Positions 50,662 to 58,915 of a stretch of DNA of 64,000 nucleotides are shown one piece after another; position 1 is the first letter of the stretch; each line of letters starts with the position of its first letter. This stretch comes from Cyclobacteriaceae bacterium (GTDB lineage Bacteria > Bacteroidota > Bacteroidia > Cytophagales > Cyclobacteriaceae), in assembly GCA_030584025.1 (NCBI GenBank), contig CP129487.1, positions 1,664,158-1,728,157 on the forward strand, given 5' to 3'. The notes under the pieces are model-generated. The model did not search any database. It was not told the DNA's origin and saw nothing but the letters and a program-made list of their open reading frames with translations. The translations under genes and the position numbers were made by a program.

Positions 50662-50946
50662 TTATTTAATGAGTAACAAAAGACTATTGGTCTCCGCACT
50701 TAACCAGTGCCTAACTGCTGGCTCTATATTGATAAAATCACCGGAAAGGAGCTTTTCTTTAACTCCCAGTTCATTTTCAAAAAAGACTTCACCTGTTACG
50801 CATACTAAAAATGCAGGTACTTTGGTCGTGTGTTCCTTTAACTGTGCAGATGCCATTAACTGAATGGTGGTTACGCTTTCATTGGGGGTAAACATCTTTT
50901 TTGTTTGCAGAGGTTTCGACTCTGTGAATACATCTTTCAGATTCAT
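50662..50946 (-). CDS. Small cupin-like hypothetical protein
   Basis: 94 aa and beta-rich. The family call is weak. Confidence 0.35.
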   Translation of the reverse strand: MNLKDVFTESKPLQTKKMFTPNESVTTIQLMASAQLKEHTTKVPAFLVCVTGEVFFENELGVKEKLLSGDFINIEPAVRHWLSAETNSLLLLIK

Positions 50947-51356
50947 TCGAAGTAATCTCTATAGGTTTCGAGATATATTTTTATGTCTTCTACTGTTTGC
51001 ACATCCCCAGAATTGCTTAGTGCTTCTATTTTCTTTTTGAGAGGCAATAAATAGTTATGAAGCTGATCATGGGATTCACCCTTCATGGTGCACTTCTGAA
51101 AAATACCTGTTAGCTCTGACGTCAGATTTTCTTTCATCAGGTTCAAGTCTGGAGAAGGATTGGCTAAATAACCATCAGTCAATACGATCATGGATTGTAT
51201 GCCCTGTGTTGTCTCCGCATTGGCCAGCCATTTTTTGCCGCCATCTAATTTTACTACAGCTTGATCATCATGAGTATGGGTTTCAGTGGTTTTTTCTTTG
51301 CAGCCCAGACCAAAGAAAACAAGGGTTGTGATTAAGAATGCTGTTACACGTTTCAT
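50943..51356 (-). CDS. Hypothetical lipoprotein
   Basis: 137 aa with the lipobox-like FFGLGC. Confidence 0.45.
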   Translation of the reverse strand: MKRVTAFLITTLVFFGLGCKEKTTETHTHDDQAVVKLDGGKKWLANAETTQGIQSMIVLTDGYLANPSPDLNLMKENLTSELTGIFQKCTMKGESHDQLHNYLLPLKKKIEALSNSGDVQTVEDIKIYLETYRDYFE

Positions 51357-51365
51357 AGGTGAAAT

Positions 51366-51773
51366 CTATTTTTGTTTAATTAAAGAGTAATCCTTTTCAG
51401 CGGAAGTAAATCGCCACGACAATCCAGCAAACACAGCGGTAATTGCAATCCGAAAAAGCATTGCCTTAAGAGTTTGTTGCTCGTATATTCCTCCACTTGA
51501 AATATGCCAAATCAGGCCAACGAAACTTATTGTCAAAATACTTGTGGCGAATACAAGTAATCTTGTAGTCCACGTTCTTCCAAAGAACAAGCCGTATGCT
51601 GCAATCAAATAGATAAACCCGCTGATAAAATTAGCAATCACAATAAACAAAACATAATTACCCTCCTTTTCACGGATGCCGAACAAATCAAAAATTACTG
51701 AACCACTCATGAACACTGTAATCAGTGCAAAAAGTGTAAGTAGGATAGCGGAAATTTTAAGTGTCGTTTTCAT
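51366..51773 (-). CDS. Hypothetical 4-TM membrane protein
   Basis: 135 aa with four hydrophobic helices. Confidence 0.4.
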   Translation of the reverse strand: MKTTLKISAILLTLFALITVFMSGSVIFDLFGIREKEGNYVLFIVIANFISGFIYLIAAYGLFFGRTWTTRLLVFATSILTISFVGLIWHISSGGIYEQQTLKAMLFRIAITAVFAGLSWRFTSAEKDYSLIKQK

Positions 51774-52366
51774 AAAATAGATTTATGAGGTTGAATCAGC
51801 TTGAGTAGGTTTGCCATTAACTTATTTCCCTTCAGCTTCAGATCAAAAGTAAAACCTGATAAACGCCACTGTAACATGTGCAATCTGAAACTGCCCATAA
51901 TAATATGTACCAATTCATCGGCTGATAGAGCATCCGTGAATTGCTTTTGTTTCTGACCCTGCTGGATGATCTGAAGTAAGTGCTTCCTTTTGGTACCCAT
52001 AATCTGCAAGATGGCTTCATTGATAGCCTTACTCTCTTCCAGCATGCCATCCGAAAATATCGCCACCAGAAAGTGTGGATTCTTTTTAAAGAATTCGAAT
52101 TGATTGTTGAATGCTGCTTTCAACTTTTCTTCCGGACTTTCAATGTCTTTTGTAGAATTTATAAGTCGGCTATCCATATCCGTAGACAAGTATCGCAGCA
52201 TCGTCAGAATTATTTCTTCTTTGCCTTTGAAGTGCCTGTATAGTGCCGATTCCGCAAACCCCATTTTAGCTGCGAGATTCTTTGTAGTTAATCCTACAAT
52301 ACCTGACTCGGTCAAAATCTCACCTGCTGCCTCAATAATTTCCAGTTGTCTTTCTTTGATTTCCAT
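51770..52366 (-). CDS. TetR/AcrR-family transcriptional regulator
   Basis: 198 aa with the N-terminal HTH GLTTKNLAAKMGFAESALYRHFKGKEEI. Confidence 0.85.
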   Translation of the reverse strand: MEIKERQLEIIEAAGEILTESGIVGLTTKNLAAKMGFAESALYRHFKGKEEIILTMLRYLSTDMDSRLINSTKDIESPEEKLKAAFNNQFEFFKKNPHFLVAIFSDGMLEESKAINEAILQIMGTKRKHLLQIIQQGQKQKQFTDALSADELVHIIMGSFRLHMLQWRLSGFTFDLKLKGNKLMANLLKLIQPHKSIL

Positions 52367-52367
52367 G

Positions 52368-52847
52368 TTAGTTTTTATTTAAGAAAGCAGAATACATCCA
52401 TACCAATTTTTCCTGGACACGGATATAATCGCTCATCTGTGCATTGGTCCCCTCATCATCAGCTTCTTCTGAAAGTATGAGAAGCTCACGCTGAAGTGTA
52501 ATTATTATTTTGAATGACTCAAGAATATTGGTCACAGACTTAATGCCATCACTTACTTCTTTACTCTCAGCAATTTTTGAAACACGGGTATAATCAGAGT
52601 AGTTGTGACTTGGCGAATGGCCCAAAGTCAATATCCGTTCAGCCACTTCATCTATCTTCAGCAGTAAATCGTTGTATAATTCCTCGAACTTAAGATGAAG
52701 CTCAAAAAACTTTTCACCTTTAATATTCCAGTGTGAACCGCGTGTATTCTGATAGAAAACGGAATAGTTTGCTAATAGCTCATTCAATTTTTCAGCCAAT
52801 TGTTTGGCATTGTTATTTTCAAGACCGATTGCATTTGTCGTTTTCAT
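52368..52847 (-). CDS. dps: Dps-family ferritin-like protein
   Basis: 159 aa. LNELLANYSVFYQNTRGSHWNIKGEKFFELHLKFEE.Y. Confidence 0.85.
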   Translation of the reverse strand: MKTTNAIGLENNNAKQLAEKLNELLANYSVFYQNTRGSHWNIKGEKFFELHLKFEELYNDLLLKIDEVAERILTLGHSPSHNYSDYTRVSKIAESKEVSDGIKSVTNILESFKIIITLQRELLILSEEADDEGTNAQMSDYIRVQEKLVWMYSAFLNKN

Positions 52848-52859
52848 GATTCCTTTATT

Positions 52860-53237
52860 TTAAGCGTTACTACTATTTATTTTCATTTTAAAGAAAGAAA
52901 TGCCCAGCCACGCCACAGAAGCAGTCATGGCAATTGCACCAATTAAAACGAACACGGGAGGGGCACCAAAATATACTTCAGCCAGAATTCCGATGGGCAT
53001 CAGTAATCCGGTTAAAGCCAGCCAAGAGATATATTTAGTGCTAGTCAACTTTGATTGAAAATGGAGGAGTAGGTAGCCGATAAGTATATTAAGAAAAGCA
53101 AAAAGATTGCCGTGTACGTGTGCCAACCGACTTTCAAAATGTCTACCAACGGAATAGGAATTAACCCATTCTTCTTTCCCTGGGGCAAAGTCCCTTAGGT
53201 AGATAAGGAGAAATCCATATGCCATAAATGCACCCAT
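52860..53237 (-). CDS. Hypothetical membrane protein
   Basis: 125 aa with 3-4 hydrophobic helices. The in-frame upstream sequence also looks like a TM helix but has no start codon before a stop. Confidence 0.4.
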   Translation of the reverse strand: MGAFMAYGFLLIYLRDFAPGKEEWVNSYSVGRHFESRLAHVHGNLFAFLNILIGYLLLHFQSKLTSTKYISWLALTGLLMPIGILAEVYFGAPPVFVLIGAIAMTASVAWLGISFFKMKINSSNA

Positions 53238-53547
53238 TGTCAGAAAGCCAATTGCGATGTTGTTTGGCCATTCATAACGTTAGATTAAAGTGAGTGATTG
53301 TTCACTCACAATAATACGCTATTTTGACTTGAAAAGTTTCTTGTGGATAATAAACTTTTATCGAGCACCTGAAAATCAGGAGATTGAGCCATTCCACCAA
53401 CTTTTAAAAGTGTTTCAGGCCTTGCATGGCGATTTGGGTGCCAAGGTATGGTCTTGACTAGATGATTGAAAGTACCAGTTAATTCATGAAGACAACTCGT
53501 TTTCCTAGCTGAAAGGAGATAGGTCAATATGTAATGGATCACAATTT

Positions 53548-53976
53548 CTACAGGTGGCGCACGATACTCATGGCAAACAGTGAAAAAAAAAGTAAAATGA
53601 AATCGCAGCGTTGTGCACGGGTCATGTGGTTTCGAAGTTTGGCAAGTTGGTTAAGCTGATCAAAACTAGGTGGCGTGCTATTTTTTGCCAGGCTTTGGCC
53701 TATCGCTGAAATCTTTCGTACGGTTGGTCCGATAACCAGAAAACCGATAGAACAGGCCATCAGGCCAAAGATGCCCCCAATGAGTAATACTATACCATGC
53801 ATGGAAGAAATCCACACCCTGTTAAATCCCCCGGAAATCTGGAATAACAATAAAATTCCATTGACTACTGCCAGGAATGACAAAGCCTGCATAACTACAG
53901 GAAGTTTATTTGTTTTAAAGATTTGTTTCATGAATTTACCACCCTCACTGCCTAAAGGGTCTATAGCGGGTAACAA
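53548..53976 (-). CDS. Hypothetical membrane protein
   Basis: 142 aa with 3-4 TM helices. An alternative start, MKQIFK, is at 53931. Confidence 0.35.
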   Translation of the reverse strand: MLPAIDPLGSEGGKFMKQIFKTNKLPVVMQALSFLAVVNGILLLFQISGGFNRVWISSMHGIVLLIGGIFGLMACSIGFLVIGPTVRKISAIGQSLAKNSTPPSFDQLNQLAKLRNHMTRAQRCDFILLFFSLFAMSIVRHL

Positions 53977-54159
53977 ACAGGACTAAGAAAAAGGCCGAGC
54001 CAACCCATAGTACACTTGATAGGAAATGCACGGATCGCAGAATGGAAAGATAATAATACATATGGAAATGTTTTGTAGAGGTTTTGTCAATGTAGCGGTT
54101 CATGTAAATTCTTGTAAAAGGGTTTCAGTTGAAAACTAAAAATTACACGCTACATTAAA

Positions 54160-54179
54160 AAAGGACTAAAATATCCTGT
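54160..54179. promoter_or_regulatory. Candidate 20-bp operator 7 nt upstream of a -7 box
   Basis: AAAGGACTAAAATATCCTGT, followed by TAATTTTG at 54187-54194. Confidence 0.5.
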
Positions 54180-54233
54180 AATAATCTAATTTTGCGGTGA
54201 TCGAAAGGGTGTTTTAATAATCTAACGGGCAGG

Positions 54234-54899
54234 ATGGCCGACAGAAATAATTCTAAATCAATGCCGATGTATTCCCAAAATGAAGAAAGAGCCAACTGGA
54301 TAACCCATGGCTTGGCTGTGTTGTTAAGCCTGATGGGCAGTGGCTTTATGTGTTTCGCGCTGATGAAATACAATCATTCTGTTGGGGTGTGGTTATGCGT
54401 GGGGGTGTACCTGATTTCATTACTTGCTTTATACACAGCGTCAACCTTGTATCATTTTGTCAAGGAGGAAAAATGGAAGCACATTTTTCGGGTGGCGGAT
54501 CACAGTGCTATCTATTCCAAAATTGCGGGCACGTATACTCCCTTTCTTGTTCTGGCAATTCCGAATCAACTGGGGTATGAATTGCTGATGGCTTTATGGC
54601 TTCTTGCCGGGGTTGGAGTATTATTCAAAATATTTTTTGTACGGAAACTGAACTTTCTCTCCACCCTGATTTACCTGGGCATGGGTTGGATGGCTTTAGG
54701 GGTTATTGTTCCCCTTTTTAAAGCGCTGCAACCAATAATTTTTTGGTTAATCATAGCGGGTGGAATTTTTTTTACCGTAGGTGTGATTTTTTACCTATTA
54801 CGCAACATGCGCTATAGCCACGCCATATGGCATGGGTTTGTTATGGTTGGAAGTGCCTGTCATTTTAGCGGCATATACCTGTTTCTGAGTACCAGTTAG
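54234..54899 (+). CDS. Hemolysin III / PAQR-family membrane protein
   Basis: 221 aa with 7 TM helices. EERANWITHG...STLYH...ADHSAIY...HAIWH are the conserved His/Asp positions of the family. Confidence 0.85.
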   Translation: MADRNNSKSMPMYSQNEERANWITHGLAVLLSLMGSGFMCFALMKYNHSVGVWLCVGVYLISLLALYTASTLYHFVKEEKWKHIFRVADHSAIYSKIAGTYTPFLVLAIPNQLGYELLMALWLLAGVGVLFKIFFVRKLNFLSTLIYLGMGWMALGVIVPLFKALQPIIFWLIIAGGIFFTVGVIFYLLRNMRYSHAIWHGFVMVGSACHFSGIYLFLSTS

Positions 54900-54930
54900 T
54901 TCGCGGGGATATTTCAAATCAATTTCGTCA

Positions 54931-54976
54931 GATAAAGATAAAGCCTGCCCGAATGAGCAGGCTTTATCTTTATTTT
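54931..54976. terminator. Strong bidirectional rho-independent terminator
   Basis: 15-bp perfect stem AAAGATAAAGCCTGC / GCAGGCTTTATCTTT (54934-54948 and 54957-54971) with an 8-nt loop. It is flanked by A/T runs and lies between convergent genes. Confidence 0.75.
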
Positions 54977-55009
54977 AGGTGTTGAAGCCTAGCTATTGCA
55001 GCCGAATCA

Positions 55010-55753
55010 TTACGATTTACCCAATAATTCCTGTTCCAGTTTAAGTGCCTTAGGAAACAGGATGTTATTTTCCAGGTGTATATGTTGGTGGAGATCCTGC
55101 AGAAATTCCTGGAATTTAGCAAATAAGACCCGGTAAGACATACATGCTTCCTGCGGAGGAGTAAAGTGATTGCTGAGTGTTTCAATGGATTCCATGGAAC
55201 TCCCTGCTGACGTATGTTCGGCTTCCATCATATTAATTGGATTGGCTATGGTACCAAAGGGAGGGGACTGGATTGATGTATTATTTCGGCTGGCTTCAAC
55301 CAGTTTCTTAATGTACGGGAAAAGAATCATCTCTTCCTTGCGCATGTGTTGAGTGAGCTCATCGATGACATCTGCCGCATGCTTTTCGATCTCAAGCAAT
55401 TCCGGATGATAATCACCGTGCACGCGGGATACCTTATGGCATAATTCATCTATGAATGGGATGGCTTCCTTAACATAGCTATGATGATTGTTAATGATGT
55501 AATCGGCCAGAAAGTCCAATTCCCAAGCATTGAAATTTTGGGCATTGATAATTCCTTTGCTTTCTATCTCTCTCAGCTCAGTTTCTACCTGTGTGGGATC
55601 AACGCCTTTTCGTGCGCACGCTTCTTCGACAGATTGCTTTCCTCCACAACAAAAATCAATACCATACTTTTTAAAAACTTCAGCTTTACGCCAATCTTGT
55701 GATACTAATTCACCTACGGTAAGTTGTGCAGATGTTGGAAATGCTGTGTTCAT
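55010..55753 (-). CDS. ytfE: Iron-sulfur cluster repair di-iron protein (RIC; YtfE/ScdA)
   Basis: 247 aa. TVGELVSQDWRKAEVFKKYGIDFCCGGKQSVEEAC, plus hemerythrin-like H/E motifs. Confidence 0.9.
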   Translation of the reverse strand: MNTAFPTSAQLTVGELVSQDWRKAEVFKKYGIDFCCGGKQSVEEACARKGVDPTQVETELREIESKGIINAQNFNAWELDFLADYIINNHHSYVKEAIPFIDELCHKVSRVHGDYHPELLEIEKHAADVIDELTQHMRKEEMILFPYIKKLVEASRNNTSIQSPPFGTIANPINMMEAEHTSAGSSMESIETLSNHFTPPQEACMSYRVLFAKFQEFLQDLHQHIHLENNILFPKALKLEQELLGKS

Positions 55754-55860
55754 TGATAATGGGGTTTAATTTGTCAACGGTTATTAATTATGGCGCAGTT
55801 TAATACTTATAGGCATGCCGGTAATATGAGCCAGATCATATCAAAATATTTACCATGTTT

Positions 55861-55880
55861 AAAAGACTAAAATATCTTCT
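55861..55880. promoter_or_regulatory. Candidate 20-bp operator 7 nt upstream of a -7 box
   Basis: AAAAGACTAAAATATCTTCT, followed by TAAGTTTG at 55888-55895. It lies in the divergent region between ytfE and the thioesterase gene. Confidence 0.5.
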
Positions 55881-55927
55881 ATATCGCTAAGTTTGCGCTC
55901 ATTTTCAGGCGTTAATTGATCGTTGCA

Positions 55928-56383
55928 ATGGCCATTAAAAGAACCGTGGGTGAATCAGTGGTATGGAAAACTGAGGTGGTGTGTCCAAATGATACCAATC
56001 CTATGGGAATTTTGCAAGGTGGCCGGCTGGTGCAATGGATGGATATTGCCGCGGCTGTTTGTGCGCAAACGCATGCCGGAAAAATATGCGTAACTGCCTC
56101 AATTGATAAAGTGCAGTTTCGAGCCCCCGCCCGGGTCGGAGATATCGTACGCATCGAAGCCAGGGTTACGTGTACGTTTACTACATCGATGGAAATTTAT
56201 GTAAGCGCCTGGAAGCAAATTATCGGGCAAGATGAAAAACAACAGCTTGGCGAATCGTTTTTCACGTTTGTAGCGCTCGATGAACACGGCAAACCTGTAG
56301 GTGTACCCGAATTACAGCTAACCAATGAAGTGGAGCAGCAACATTATGACAAGGCCAAAACCAGACGAGCACAACAGCAGTGA
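55928..56383 (+). CDS. Acyl-CoA thioesterase (hotdog fold, YciA-like)
   Basis: The track ORF starts at a TTG at 55916; the first ATG is at 55928. NPMGILQGGRLVQWMDIAAAVCA...VTASIDKVQFRAPARVGD. Confidence 0.8.
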   Translation: MAIKRTVGESVVWKTEVVCPNDTNPMGILQGGRLVQWMDIAAAVCAQTHAGKICVTASIDKVQFRAPARVGDIVRIEARVTCTFTTSMEIYVSAWKQIIGQDEKQQLGESFFTFVALDEHGKPVGVPELQLTNEVEQQHYDKAKTRRAQQQ

Positions 56384-57923
56384 TATTGTAATTATCGGTG
56401 GCGGTATTGGTGGCCTGGCCGTAGCCATTCACCTGGCGGAATTACTTCCTCAAAAAAGCATCATTTTAATCTCTAAAGATAAACCGGGTGAATCCAATTC
56501 ACGCTATGCACAGGGAGGTGTGGCCGCGGTGATGAACCATATTACCGACTCGTTTGAAAAACATATTACCGATACCCTTAACACGGGTGACGGCCTGTGT
56601 GATCCACAGGTAGTTGACCTGGTTGTTCGGGATGCACCCCTGCGCTTGAAGGAAGTAATCACATGGGGTACTTCCTTTGATTATGATGACAGGGGTAACA
56701 TAGAACTTGGTTTGGAAGGTGGGCACACCGCTTCGCGAATTGTTCATGCAAAAGATCAAACGGGTTTTGTGTTGGTAAATGCCTTGTTACGAAAATTACA
56801 AGCCTATCCACAGGTGCAAACACGCTGGGAAACATTAGCCGTGGATATGCTTACTTCCGGGAAAGATCAAAATCAGGTTTGTTGCGTTGCGGTATTGTCA
56901 AAGGAAGGCCTTGAACTCCAGTCGATACAGGCATCTGTTATAATCCTGGCTACGGGTGGCGCGGGCCAGGTATATCCGGTTACTACCAATCCTGCAATTG
57001 CTACCGGGGATGGAATTGCCATGGCGTACCGGATAGGTGCCACCATTGCTGATATGGAGTTTATTCAGTTTCATCCTACAGCATTAAAGATATCAACACC
57101 GGGTACACCTTTTTTGATTTCGGAGGCGGTGCGGGGAGCAGGTGCATACCTTGTTACAGCCGCTGGAAACCGGTTCATGTTCGCATATGATAAGCGCGGT
57201 GAGCTTGCTCCACGCGATGTAGTGGCGCGGGCTATCTATACCGAAATGAAGACGCAAAACATTTATCTGGATTGTCGCCACATTTCAGCGCAAAAGCTGA
57301 CGGAAAATTTTCCTGCCATTTATAAGACCTGCTTACGTTATGGTTTTGATCTGGGAAGGGATCTGGTACCGGTAACGCCTGCTGCCCATTATATATGCGG
57401 TGGGATCGTTACCAATAAGGATGGGCAAACCACCATCCCAAATCTGTATGCCATAGGCGAGTGTGCCCGAACCGGTTTGCATGGCGCTAACCGGCTGGCC
57501 TCGAACTCGATATTAGAAGCCTTGGTCTTTGCGTATCGATGTGCCATTCATGTGGCCTCACACGCTTCTTTTTCAACTTGTTCCTTTCATACTCATCAAC
57601 CGGTACGATCGACTGATGTTACGGATACCGACAGACTCAACTCGATTCACATGCGTATACAACAATGCGTTCATCAGTCCGCTGGAATTGTGCGAACGAA
57701 CCAGGGTATTCAGAGTGGATTAGAGACAATCGTGAAGTTGGAAAGTGAACTGGAAGAAGCTGAACAGAAGGTCCAACCCAATTGGGTGTATTATGAAGTT
57801 CGAAACCTGCTGATTGTTGCCCGGCTAATATTGAAACAAGCCTTACAACGCACCGAAAATCGAGGTACCCATTTCAATACTGATCTTGTTACCCATACGA
57901 AAATGCATACCATTATTTTATGA
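56346..57923 (+). CDS. nadB: L-aspartate oxidase
   Basis: DIVIIGGGIGGLA, SRYAQGGV, FIQFHPT and GLHGANRLASNS. The start is at either 56325 or 56346; both overlap the thioesterase end. Confidence 0.9.
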   Translation: MTRPKPDEHNSSDIVIIGGGIGGLAVAIHLAELLPQKSIILISKDKPGESNSRYAQGGVAAVMNHITDSFEKHITDTLNTGDGLCDPQVVDLVVRDAPLRLKEVITWGTSFDYDDRGNIELGLEGGHTASRIVHAKDQTGFVLVNALLRKLQAYPQVQTRWETLAVDMLTSGKDQNQVCCVAVLSKEGLELQSIQASVIILATGGAGQVYPVTTNPAIATGDGIAMAYRIGATIADMEFIQFHPTALKISTPGTPFLISEAVRGAGAYLVTAAGNRFMFAYDKRGELAPRDVVARAIYTEMKTQNIYLDCRHISAQKLTENFPAIYKTCLRYGFDLGRDLVPVTPAAHYICGGIVTNKDGQTTIPNLYAIGECARTGLHGANRLASNSILEALVFAYRCAIHVASHASFSTCSFHTHQPVRSTDVTDTDRLNSIHMRIQQCVHQSAGIVRTNQGIQSGLETIVKLESELEEAEQKVQPNWVYYEVRNLLIVARLILKQALQRTENRGTHFNTDLVTHTKMHTIIL

Positions 57924-58915
57924 ATCCGGCTCATCGGTATATTCAATATTGGCTTTGGACAGGTCTTGTACTGATTGCCCTGATGGTGATTATTGGGGGG
58001 ATAACCCGGTTAACCGGTTCGGGTTTATCCATGGTGGAATGGAAACCCGTCACCGGTGTGGTGCCCCCACTTGACGAGGGAGACTGGATGGTTGAGTTTG
58101 AGAAGTATAAAATGTTTCCTGAATACCAGAAATTAAATTACAACATGACTGTTCAGGAATTCAAGCGCATTTATTTCTGGGAGTATCTTCATCGGTTACT
58201 GGGCCGGGTTATGGGCATCATCTTTATTGTGCCCTTAATAATTTTTATCGTTCGTAAATGGATTGGCCGTAAGTTGCTGGTCTCTTTAGTTGTGATTTTT
58301 GTCCTTGGCATGTTGCAGGGGGTGATGGGCTGGTATATGGTAAAAAGCGGGCTCTCATCTGTGCCACACGTCAGTCACTTTCGCCTGGCAGCGCATCAGG
58401 CACTTGCCTTGTTGTTGATCGCTGCATTACTGTGGACGTCCCTTTCCTTAACCAAAGAGCGAATAAAGCCTGTTGTTGACTTTATTTTCGTTAGCTCGGC
58501 AATATCTCTGATTTTGTTGATTGGTCAGATGTTGCTAGGCGCTTTAGTGGCGGGATTAAAGGCTGGATATTCGTATACGAACTTTCCGCTGATGGGCGAT
58601 ACGTTTTTTCCTTCGGCTACCGTTGTAAATGCTGCGCCACTTCTCTACAATGGCGTGGTATTGCAGTTCATTCATCGGTGGCTCGGCTTTGCCCTGTTTG
58701 GCAGTATACTGCTTTCCTGGTTTCAAGGAGGACGAGGCACATGGAGCTGTAGAATCCTTTCGCGCATTCTTTTATTGACCGCATTACAAATTATACTGGG
58801 CATTCTCACGCTTTGGGTTCACGTTCCGGTTTGGTTGGGGGTGGTACACCAGTTCATCGCGATACTGTTGTTCGCATCAATTATAATTTTTTTACATAAG
58901 CAGCTTTACACATGA
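57920..58915 (+). CDS. ctaA: Haem A synthase (COX15/CtaA family)
   Basis: 331 aa with 8 TM helices. GGITRLTGSGLSMVEWKP and EYLHR..G are typical of COX15. Confidence 0.85.
   Translation: MNPAHRYIQYWLWTGLVLIALMVIIGGITRLTGSGLSMVEWKPVTGVVPPLDEGDWMVEFEKYKMFPEYQKLNYNMTVQEFKRIYFWEYLHRLLGRVMGIIFIVPLIIFIVRKWIGRKLLVSLVVIFVLGMLQGVMGWYMVKSGLSSVPHVSHFRLAAHQALALLLIAALLWTSLSLTKERIKPVVDFIFVSSAISLILLIGQMLLGALVAGLKAGYSYTNFPLMGDTFFPSATVVNAAPLLYNGVVLQFIHRWLGFALFGSILLSWFQGGRGTWSCRILSRILLLTALQIILGILTLWVHVPVWLGVVHQFIAILLFASIIIFLHKQLYT

Noticed and set aside
53306-53542. 78-aa minus-strand ORF between two small membrane-protein genes.
   Set aside because: It has no recognisable motif and an odd composition. It may be spurious or a gene remnant, and the evidence is too weak to call a CDS. 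The 8-bp-stem hairpin GTGAGTGA-TTGT-TCACTCAC at 53290-53309 at its end lacks a convincing U-tract, so I did not call it a terminator.
54934-54971. The terminator stem arms (AAAGATAAAG... / ...CTTTATCTTT) resemble half-sites of the recurrent operator.
   Set aside because: The arms are about 26 nt apart rather than contiguous, and they lie between convergent gene ends. The structure is much better explained as a rho-independent terminator, and the resemblance is probably a coincidence of AT-rich sequence.
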